Source of the DNA: an uncultured Alphaproteobacteria bacterium
Lineage (GTDB): Bacteria; Pseudomonadota; Alphaproteobacteria; ATCC43930; CGMCC-115725
Direction: 5' to 3'
Length of the DNA: 64,000 bases
NCBI GenBank assembly: GCA_963747735.1
Contig: CAVVGE010000009.1
Location: 6,257 to 70,256 of the forward strand
Shown one piece after another: positions 56,225-63,561 of the stretch (its first letter is position 1; each line of letters starts with the position of its first letter). The position numbers and the translations under genes were made by a program. The notes beneath the pieces were generated by a model that saw only the letters and a program-made list of their open reading frames with translations, was not told where the DNA came from and did not search any database.

Positions 56225-57517
56225 ATGAGGGCAAACGCCGCGCTCGACGAGACCGGGCCGCCGACCGGTCGGAAGTTGCTCCAGGTGCTGGGGCCGGGCC
56301 TGATCACCGGGGCCGCCGATGACGATCCCAGCGGCATCGCTACCTATTCACAGGTTGGCGCGCAATTCGGGTACGGCCTGGCTTGGACGCTGGTATTCAG
56401 CTACCCACTGATGGTGGCAATCCAGCAAATCAGCGCGCGGATCGGCCGCGTCACCGGCTTTGGCATCGCCGGCAATCTGCGCCGGCACTATTCGCCGTGG
56501 TTGTCAGGTGGCATCGTCCTGCTGCTGTTGTCCGCCAATCTGATCAACCTGGGCGCCGATCTGGGGGCGATGGGGGCGGCGCTGAAGCTGATGATCGGCG
56601 GCCCAGCGCTACTTTATGTCGTGTTGTTCGGTGCGCTCTCGGCTGGCTTGCAGATCTTCACCCGCTACGCGCGCTATATCTCCATCCTGAAATGGGGATG
56701 CCTGTCGCTGTTCAGCTATGTGATCTGCGCCTTCGTCGTGCACGTGGCCTGGGGTGAGGTGGCCTTGGCCATCGTTTGGCCGCCGCTGTCGTTCAAGGCG
56801 GAGTATCTGATGGCGGTCGTCGCCGTGCTCGGCACCACGATCAGCCCTTACCTGTTCTTCTGGCAGGCGGGCCAGGAGGTCGAAGGCACCAAGGAGGGCG
56901 CCGGCGCCCTCCCGTTGACCCGCGCGCCGGAACAGGCAGCCGGCGAATTCACCCGCATCCGCATCGATACCTATATCGGCATGGGGATATCCAATCTCAT
57001 CGCCCTGTTCATCGTCATCACCACCGCGGCGACGTTGAACGCGCATGGCGTGACCCAGATCCAGACTTCCGCGCAGGCGGCTGAAGCGCTGCGGGCGGTG
57101 GCCGGACCGCTAACCTTCGCGGTATTCGCTGCTGGCATCATCGGCACCGGCATGCTGGCGCTGCCGGCGCTGGCGGGTTCGGCGGCCTATGCGTTGGGCG
57201 AGACGCTCTCCTGGCATGTCGGCCTGGCGCGACTGCCGCTGCGCGCCAAGGCGTTTTACGCGACCATCGCGGTGGGCATGGTGCTGGGCGTGGCGCTGAA
57301 CTTCTCCGCCATAGATCCAATCCGGGCGCTCTATTGGAGCGCGGTGCTGAACGGCGTGGTTGCGGTGCCGGTAATGGTCATGATGATGCGACTGACCATG
57401 CGACAGTCGATCATGGCGGGATTCACGCTCCCGTTGCCGCTGCGAGTGATGGGCTGGCTGGCCACCGCAACGATGGCGGCCACGGTCGTCGCGATGATCG
57501 GGTCGTGGCTGGAATAA
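56225..57517 (+). CDS. NRAMP-family divalent metal cation transporter
   Basis: LGPGLITGAADDDPSGIATYSQVGAQFGYGLAWTLVFSYPLMVAIQQISARIG is the NRAMP-type N-terminal signature. 430 aa, multi-pass. Confidence 0.85.
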   Translation: MRANAALDETGPPTGRKLLQVLGPGLITGAADDDPSGIATYSQVGAQFGYGLAWTLVFSYPLMVAIQQISARIGRVTGFGIAGNLRRHYSPWLSGGIVLLLLSANLINLGADLGAMGAALKLMIGGPALLYVVLFGALSAGLQIFTRYARYISILKWGCLSLFSYVICAFVVHVAWGEVALAIVWPPLSFKAEYLMAVVAVLGTTISPYLFFWQAGQEVEGTKEGAGALPLTRAPEQAAGEFTRIRIDTYIGMGISNLIALFIVITTAATLNAHGVTQIQTSAQAAEALRAVAGPLTFAVFAAGIIGTGMLALPALAGSAAYALGETLSWHVGLARLPLRAKAFYATIAVGMVLGVALNFSAIDPIRALYWSAVLNGVVAVPVMVMMMRLTMRQSIMAGFTLPLPLRVMGWLATATMAATVVAMIGSWLE

Positions 57518-57924
57518 CAGGCCTCGCTGGCGCCGTCCTGCATCCCATTCTCGACCCCTTGGCGTTCCCGTTACAGATCGATGCCCAAGCCCAGGCCGGC
57601 CGGGGAGTAGATCCGAACCATCGATCTGCGGATCGTAGAATGGGAGAATGGGGTTGATCGATCGGCGCGCGGTCTAGTGGCGGATGCACGCATGACGCTG
57701 CCGCACTTTCTGTTCAGCGAGTTTGACGCCCATCTCCGAACCGGATATCGCCACTGGACGGTTCGATGGGGCCAGGTTGCGATCGCATTTCAGCGCAGAA
57801 CGGGGGTGGAAGATTTCCACCCCCGATGCGCTTATCGGATGAGAAGCATTGTTCGTGTTCCCGGCGCTGTACCGCAAGCGCTCGCCCGACATCGCCGGGT
57901 GGCAGACGTCGGGCAGCCCAGGGG

Positions 57925-58269
57925 CTATTGCCGGGAACTGCGCTTCGGCGTGAACAAATCTTCGCTGAAGCTCGCGACGCAAGAGGCGTGGAGCTGCGGA
58001 TCATTGATCGGCCCGCATTCCTTTTTGACCCGACTGGCACGATAGCGACTGTTCGAATTCAGCGCCGTTTCATATCGCTGGCTGTCACGTACGTTCTGCC
58101 GCGCCGACCAGGGGCCCGAACTATTTGCCGAATTGACCTGCGGACCATTGGTCACCAGCCCGGCGCCGCTCGCGTTCATCTCGGCGCGAGCGGTTGGCAT
58201 GGTCGCAATCGCCGTCAGGAATGCAGCCGAAAAGACCAAGCCTGCCATCATCTTATGTTCTGTTCTCAC
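57925..58269 (-). CDS. hypothetical secreted protein
   Basis: N-terminal signal-like MMAGLVFSAAFLTAIATMPTARAE. No domain recognised. Confidence 0.4.
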   Translation of the reverse strand: MRTEHKMMAGLVFSAAFLTAIATMPTARAEMNASGAGLVTNGPQVNSANSSGPWSARQNVRDSQRYETALNSNSRYRASRVKKECGPINDPQLHASCVASFSEDLFTPKRSSRQ

Positions 58270-58373
58270 GAAAAACTCCTTCCAGTCAAGGCGAAGATGC
58301 TTCGCCGATCACGATTTATTCCGACAACATCCCTTACACCTCCAGAGCTGCTGCCTTAGCAGCGTCGCAGGGA

Positions 58374-58775
58374 TCAGCCCGTTGCATATTTAAACTCCGG
58401 CAGCGTCTTGAGCCCCTCCTTGGTGCCGCCCGGCAATACCACCTTATTGTTGGAGAACCTCAGCCCGTCGTAGGGGACCACAACCAGGCGCGTACCCATG
58501 CCCAGGAAGCCACCGATCGACAGCACCGCATAGGGCTGCTTGCCGTCGGGGCTCACCAGGAGGTCGTCAATCTTGCCGATGGTCTCGTTGGCCTCGTTGA
58601 CAACACTGCTGCCGATCACTCTGGATGCGCGATAGCCGGCCGCCAGCTTTTGCACATCGACCTTGACGAGGTTCACCGTCTGCGCCGCGCCTTGCGCTCC
58701 GGCATTGCTGGAAAGAAGGGCAACACTGATCATTGTCGCGCCGGCGAGAATCATCACTCTTTTCATCAGTGCCAT
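58374..58775 (-). CDS. secreted single PRC-barrel domain protein
   Basis: Signal peptide MKRVMILAGATMISVALLSSNAGAQG, then YRASRVIGSSVVNEANETIGKIDDLLVSPDGKQPYAVLSIGGFLGMGTRLVVVP. Confidence 0.8.
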   Translation of the reverse strand: MALMKRVMILAGATMISVALLSSNAGAQGAAQTVNLVKVDVQKLAAGYRASRVIGSSVVNEANETIGKIDDLLVSPDGKQPYAVLSIGGFLGMGTRLVVVPYDGLRFSNNKVVLPGGTKEGLKTLPEFKYATG

Positions 58776-58822
58776 CCTTAGGCGGGCTGCGTTTTAACTC
58801 GGTTGGGACGCGGCCACCGCCA

Positions 58823-58993
58823 TTACTCCTTTAGCGCGTCCTTGAGACCGCCGACAGCATTTTGGATCTTGCCCTCGACCTTGTCGGCCTTGCCGCCAGC
58901 CTCCAGCTTGGCATCACCGGTCGCTTTGCCGACCGTCTCTTTGATCGATCCCTTGATTTCCTTCGCTGTTCCGGCGATCCGATCCTTATCCAT
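58823..58993 (-). CDS. CsbD-family stress protein (copy 1, 56 aa; below the ORF-track size cut-off)
   Basis: Same sequence as copy 2, shifted by 308 nt. MDKDRIAGTAKEIKGSIKETVGKATGDAKLEAGGKADKVEGKIQNAVGGLKDALKE. GGAGGA RBS. Confidence 0.8.
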   Translation of the reverse strand: MDKDRIAGTAKEIKGSIKETVGKATGDAKLEAGGKADKVEGKIQNAVGGLKDALKE

Positions 58994-59130
58994 TACGCTA
59001 TCCTCCTGGAGTGGGCATGAGGTTTTCGTGCACCAAAACGATTATATAGGAACGTCAAATGACCCGTAACAGGCTCGGAAAGTACTTAGGCGGGCTGCGT
59101 TTTAACTCGGTTGGGACGCGGCCACCGCCA

Positions 59131-59301
59131 TTACTTCTTTAGCGCGTCCTTGAGACCGCCGACAGCGTTTTGGATCTTGCCCTCGACCTTGTCGGCCTTG
59201 CCGCCAGCCTCCAGCTTGGCATCACCGGTCGCTTTGCCGACCGTCTCTTTGATCGATCCCTTGATTTCCTTCGCTGTTCCGGCGATCCGATCCTTATCCA
59301 T
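59131..59301 (-). CDS. CsbD-family stress protein (copy 2)
   Basis: MDKDRIAGTAKEIKGSIKETVGKATGDAKLEAGGKADKVEGKIQNAVGGLKDALKK. An internal ATG of ORF 59131-59337, behind GGAGGA. Confidence 0.8.
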   Translation of the reverse strand: MDKDRIAGTAKEIKGSIKETVGKATGDAKLEAGGKADKVEGKIQNAVGGLKDALKK

Positions 59302-59378
59302 TACGCTATCCTCCTGGAGTGGGCATGAGGTTTTCATGCACCAAAACGATTATATATGAACGTCAAATGACCCGTAAC

Positions 59379-59396
59379 AGGCTCGGAAAGTACTCA
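59379..59396 (-). promoter_or_regulatory. 18-nt motif copy (TGAGTACTTTCCGAGCCT on the minus strand) upstream of csbD copy 2; a truncated copy lies at 59071-59086 upstream of copy 1
   Basis: 78 nt upstream of the ATG at 59301, in the same orientation as the gene. Confidence 0.4.
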
Positions 59397-59514
59397 CGTC
59401 TCGCCGCCTCTCAACCACGGTCTCGAATTGCGTTGTAGTTTACTCGGTTAGCGGCAGACAGCGTCTTTGACCGCTAGTTGAGACATCGAGACTGAATGCT
59501 GCTCGGATTTGCGC

Positions 59515-59532
59515 TGAGTAGTTTCCAGGGCT
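59515..59532 (+). promoter_or_regulatory. 18-nt motif, degenerate copy (TGAGTAGTTTCCAGGGCT)
   Basis: 15 of 18 positions match. It lies 78 nt upstream of the tiny ORF at 59610, in the same orientation. Confidence 0.3.
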
Positions 59533-59609
59533 GCTGCCACCGCCTGAGCCCCCCAATATGGTTTGATGGTGCCGGCAATCCCACAAACCGCAGCAGCAGG
59601 AGAACGAAC

Positions 59610-59675
59610 ATGTTTTACATCATTGGCGTCGTCGTTGTAGTGTTTCTGATTGGCGGCTTTTTTGGGCTGCGCTGA
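59610..59675 (+). CDS. 21-aa hydrophobic peptide (MFYIIGVVVVVFLIGGFFGLR)
   Basis: ATG 6 nt after AGGAGAA. It is paralogous to the peptide at 60775-60858. Confidence 0.45.
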   Translation: MFYIIGVVVVVFLIGGFFGLR

Positions 59676-59759
59676 TCGACAGAGCGGGCAGTCGCCGTCC
59701 TCTTCTCTGTCGCCATCAACCGCGGGCGGGCGGCGGACAATCGGCTTTCGTCGGTCAGC

Positions 59760-60590
59760 GTGATGGCAGGCTGGTGGGCAATCCTGGTGGCGACATGGCG
59801 GCAAATGAGCAAGGACAGCCTCTCGGTCCTCGCCGCCGGTATCGCCTTCCAAACCTTCTTTTCCCTCTTTCCGACGCTGACGGCCGTGGTATCGCTCTAC
59901 GGTCTCGTCGCCGACCGTGGCATGGTGGAACGGCAGATCGGCGCCATCCAGGGCGTGCTCCCACCGGAAGCGGTCAAACTCATCGCTACGTGGCTACAGG
60001 CCTTGGTCCAAGGCCCGACTACCCGGTTCGGTATCGGCCTCATCGTCAGCTTCGCGCTTGCCGTCTGGAGCACGTGGTCGGCGACCGGGATGCTGATGAC
60101 CGCCGTCAACATCTGCTATGGCAAGGAGCAGAGACGAGGATTTTTTTCCTTCAACCTTCACGCCTTGGCCCTTGGCGCCGGCCTCGCGCTCTTTGGCACG
60201 GTCGCGCTCGCTCTGGTGGCGGTATTGCCCGCTGGTCTTGCACTCTTGCCGGTGTCCAACGCTTGGCGCGAAATACTGGGGCTCATCCGGTGGCCGGTCC
60301 TCGCCGGGATCATCATCGTCGTGCTCGGCATCGTCTACCGCTACGCACCGGATCGGGCAGAGGCGAAATGGCAGTGGATCAGCTGGGGGTCGGTTGCGGC
60401 GACAGCGTTATGGATCTTTGGTTCGATTGCCTTCACCACCTACGTCTCGAAGATCGGAAGCTACGACAAGACCTACGGCTCGCTTGGCGCCGTCATCATC
60501 TTGCTGCTCTGGTTCTATCTGACCGCCTATGTCATCCTCGCGGGCGCGGAATTGAACGCGGAGATCGAGCGTCAAGCCCAGGAAGGCTGA
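59760..60590 (+). CDS. YihY/BrkB-family membrane protein
   Basis: LSVLAAGIAFQTFFSLFPTLTAVVSLYGL...YGSLGAVIILLLWFYLTAYVILAGAELNAEIE is the family signature. A short second AGIAFQAFF fragment follows at about 60640-60680. Confidence 0.8.
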   Translation: MMAGWWAILVATWRQMSKDSLSVLAAGIAFQTFFSLFPTLTAVVSLYGLVADRGMVERQIGAIQGVLPPEAVKLIATWLQALVQGPTTRFGIGLIVSFALAVWSTWSATGMLMTAVNICYGKEQRRGFFSFNLHALALGAGLALFGTVALALVAVLPAGLALLPVSNAWREILGLIRWPVLAGIIIVVLGIVYRYAPDRAEAKWQWISWGSVAATALWIFGSIAFTTYVSKIGSYDKTYGSLGAVIILLLWFYLTAYVILAGAELNAEIERQAQEG

Positions 60591-60774
60591 GTGGTCCGGA
60601 TCTCGCGATCTTGGTGGCGGCGCGGCGAGCAATCTTTTGGTCCTCGCCACCGCCGGCATCGCCTTCCAAGCGTTCTTCCTGCGATCAAGTCGAAAATCGA
60701 TCGGTGGACGCGCCGGCATAATGTCGGCGGCACCGCCCTACCGCGGACCGGGATTTCGGACGCAAATGGCCAGA

Positions 60775-60858
60775 TCAGAAGCTAAAACCGTGGACTCCGA
60801 AATAGCCCACAACCAAAATAACGACGACCACTACGCCAATTATAGTGAAGATATTCAT
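60775..60858 (-). CDS. 27-aa hydrophobic peptide (MNIFTIIGVVVVVILVVGYFGVHGFSF)
   Basis: The ATG is preceded by AGGAG at about 9 nt. Confidence 0.45.
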   Translation of the reverse strand: MNIFTIIGVVVVVILVVGYFGVHGFSF

Positions 60859-60980
60859 TTTGCTTTACTCCTACTTCTCGATGGTGGCGCGGCGCGCTCG
60901 GACATTTTATATATCCGACGCTATTATTTTCGTCATCGACGGACCGGCTCGACCCGGTTTTAAACAAATACAAGTGATTC

Positions 60981-61061
60981 TTATCGCCACCGCCTATATC
61001 CCCAATAACCGCCTCCTCCGAAGATCAGAAAGAGCACGAGGATAATGAGAATGAGATCCAT
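60981..61061 (-). CDS. 26-aa hydrophobic peptide (MDLILIILVLFLIFGGGGYWGYRRWR)
   Basis: ATG behind GGAGGAAG. It is a paralog of 55966-56046, with a conserved upstream region. Confidence 0.5.
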   Translation of the reverse strand: MDLILIILVLFLIFGGGGYWGYRRWR

Positions 61062-61661
61062 GTCTTCCTCCAAAACATATTTCAGGGAATTTCCCTGATG
61101 CAGATATGGGCTGAGAACAGCCATTCACCAGCCTCGGATTCTACCTACAGCGATCTTAACGAATAAACGGGGCCGGCAAAAACTCCAGCGAATCCGTACG
61201 AAGGACAGTCCGCCGCCGGGACGCCGCTTGGAGTGGATGGCGTAGACCCTTCGCCTCGTTTGGCGAGGCACGGGCAGCTCCGCCGGCGCGGTGAATACGT
61301 GGAATGGGCACCGGCAAACGTTGCGCCGCCCGCACCAGCTCGCCAAAACGGCAACACGAGCGACACGATCAGGATGACCAAACCGACACCACTGCCTCCG
61401 TAGCCGCAATAAGATGGCATATAGCCAGAGTAGCCGCCGTCGAAAGCGCGACGAGCACAAGGACGAACCCAAGCAGATTTCGCAGCCCTGATCTACCTTG
61501 TTGAGCTTTCGCTTTCCAGAACCGGGGCTTCGGCGAATTCGCGACTGATCTGGCCCCTTTCGGCGGCTGGAAGGCGGGCACCACGGGCGTTGGCGATCGA
61601 GATCGGCTCGATACCGGGCTATTGTTCACAGTGCCCGTCCCAAGTTCAGCCTGGCCTACTT

Positions 61662-61823
61662 CTAATAATGCGGCCTGCTCTGATTGGCACCGCCGGTTAT
61701 CGCGTTCCCGGTGGCCGAGATGTCTTCGCCCACGCCGGCTGTCGTATTGCAGGCACTCAGGAAAGCGGCCGCGCCCGACAAAAGGAACAAATTGAGGAGG
61801 AAGATCGCCAGAATTTTGCGCAT
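61662..61823 (-). CDS. entericidin (EcnA/B)-like small lipoprotein
   Basis: MRKILAIFLLNLFLLSGAAAFLSACNTTAGVGEDISATGNAITGGA has a lipobox LSAC and the CNT..G.G.D motif. GGAGAA RBS. Confidence 0.7.
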   Translation of the reverse strand: MRKILAIFLLNLFLLSGAAAFLSACNTTAGVGEDISATGNAITGGANQSRPHY

Positions 61824-61876
61824 CGGAGGTTCTCCATCGGTTTCGAGAAACGTAGGGAGCATGAACGAACAGCGAA

Positions 61877-61894
61877 AGGCTCGGAAAATACTCA
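61877..61894 (-). promoter_or_regulatory. 18-nt motif copy (TGAGTATTTTCCGAGCCT on the minus strand) upstream of the entericidin-like gene
   Basis: 54 nt upstream of the ATG at 61823, in the same orientation. Confidence 0.4.
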
Positions 61895-61992
61895 GAGGAA
61901 CGCCCTCCTGTGGTCGCCCATTGCGGCTTTTGGTCGAGGCGTTGATGCCAGGGTCCAGGATCTCACGGCGACATTCGAGGCGGCTGACTGTT

Positions 61993-62010
61993 TGAGTAGT
62001 TTCCGAAGCT
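61993..62010 (+). promoter_or_regulatory. 18-nt motif copy (TGAGTAGTTTCCGAAGCT), divergent from the 61877 copy
   Basis: 16 of 18 positions match. It points antisense into the 3' region of the ECF sigma reading frame. Confidence 0.3.
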
Positions 62011-62084
62011 ACCGTCAGCGTCGCGGCGCGGGTTAACGTCAAGCCGTTCAACCGGTGCAGTGACCGGGTTGCCTGCCGAGCGAA

Positions 62085-62555
62085 CAGCACTTTTCGCAGC
62101 GTCTCGCGACCGCGCGACAGGCGCGAGCGGACCGTCCTAATCGGAATGCCGAGGATTGCGGCGGCCTTCTCATACGAAGTACCCTCGAGACCGATCAAGA
62201 GAATTACCTGGCGCTGCTCGTCGGGAATCCGTGCCAGAGCGCGATCGAGATCGCGCATTTCGAGTACTCCCGCCGCGTCGCCTCGCGCCATGAGGTTTAG
62301 GCTCGCCTCGTCGACCGTGGCGGAAATGCCCTCCCGTACGCTGCGTCGGACGACATTGACATTCTGGTTATGCATGATGGTGAAGAGCCAGGCGCGAAGG
62401 TCGGTACCCGGCTGCCAGCAGTTTTGTTTGGTGATAGCGCGGACCAGGGTGTCCTGGACGAGGTCATCCGCCCGTGGCCGGTCGCCGGTCAACGCGCGGG
62501 CGTAGCGCCGCAGCCGCAAGATTTCTTTTTCGAGAAGCCCGCAAAAATCGCTCAT
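62085..62555 (-). CDS. ECF-type RNA polymerase sigma factor (conserved sigma-2 to sigma-4 region; the reading frame has no stop until 61662)
   Basis: LRLRRYARALTGDRPRADDLVQDTLVRAI (region 2) and QRQVILLIGLEGTSYEKAAAILGIPIRTVRSRLSRGRETLRK (region 4). The frame then runs on through about 90 non-conserved codons into the entericidin-like ORF. Confidence 0.75.
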
Positions 62556-63236
62556 TCCAGCCCCCCTTCTCTTCAGAGGAGATTGCGTGGCGGCCGAGCC
62601 AACGGCGGCGCGTCCGCAATCTCGATTAGGGTGAAGCCCAATCCTTCGGAACCTTCGGCTCCGCTGCTCTCTCGAGAACGAGCTCCATGCCGGCTTCGCT
62701 AAATCGTCGTGGATTTAGGATCCAGGATCTTCAGACCCACCTGCATGACCTTTGCGCGCCCCCAGCACTCGAACATGCCAGCGGAGCCCGATCGCGGCCT
62801 GCTTCGGAAACTACTTATGGCAGCGAGCCGCATGACCGCTTCTTTGTGCAGTCCCCGCTGAGGACATCCGGCCCGCATCGATCCGGCCGCAGAACCGGCC
62901 GCTGCAGCAGAAGATTTGAGAGGCCGCCCCCGCAACGCCGGCAACCTGGGCCGGTGGCCAGGATCGTGATCAACAATAGCGCTGGCCGCGCAACAACAGT
63001 GTACGACGTGCAAAAGACGCTTCCGGCCAGGTGCACAGATGGGTCGCGCCATTCACCGCCAATGGCTGCTCATCATAAGCGGAGCTCAATGACTATCGTT
63101 ACGGCGGGTTAACGGGCTGGTTTGTTCGCGGTATCGCAATCAGCTGTGGTCGGCGGCCCGACCCAAGGCGTCAGCCTCGGCCAATCGGCCAACCGGCTGT
63201 TCGGATGTGGCTCCAGCGGACCGACTGGGCTCGGAC

Positions 63237-63254
63237 TGAGTAGTTTCCGAGCCT
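63237..63254 (+). promoter_or_regulatory. 18-nt motif copy (TGAGTAGTTTCCGAGCCT)
   Basis: Exact match to the 40110 copy. It is preceded by GGCTCGGA, which forms an 8-bp inverted repeat with the motif's TCCGAGCC. It lies 154 nt upstream of the ATG at 63408. Confidence 0.35.
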
Positions 63255-63407
63255 AACCGTGGTGGCGCCGTCGTCCGATATTGCTGACCGTGGCCTCCGA
63301 TGGGGCAATCCGAACCGCTCCGACTGCGTGCTCGCATCGAGCCATTCGGCGACCAACGCAGTTGCATAAATGAGAGTCGGCGCTCTCATTCCGCGAGGAG
63401 CAACGCT

Positions 63408-63548
63408 ATGTTCTTTTCGCCTATTTATGTCATCCCGATTGTCGTGATCGTGGCCGTCGTGGCCTTTGCTCTGATTCGGGCGACAGTGAAGATCCTGCGC
63501 CAATATGAGCGGGCTGTGGTCTTTACTTTAGGGCGCTTTCGGGGGTAA
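63408..63548 (+). pseudogene. SPFH/band-7 (stomatin/HflC-like) protein, N-terminal 46 codons only
   Basis: MFFSPIYVIPIVVIVAVVAFALIRATVKILRQYERAVVFTLGRFRG, then TAA. The RQYERAVVFxLGR motif opens SPFH domains, but the rest of the domain is missing. Confidence 0.5.
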
Positions 63549-63561
63549 AAGGGCCGGGTCT

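Larger units (their letters stand above)
58778..59393. repeat. tandem duplication, 2 x 308 bp, each unit carrying a csbD-like gene plus its upstream region
   Basis: 58778-59085 and 59086-59393 align with only a handful of mismatches. The junction falls inside the 18-nt motif (...ggctcggaaagtact|taggcgg versus ...ggctcggaaagtactcacg). Confidence 0.85.

Noticed and set aside
59302-59440. An EcfG-type general stress promoter (GGAAC-N16-17-CGTT) upstream of the csbD copies, and the same upstream of the other small stress genes.
   Set aside because: I looked on the sense strand and found no GGAAC...CGTT pair with correct spacing. The only conserved block is the 18-nt TGAGTAnTTTCCGAGCCT motif, which is reported separately.
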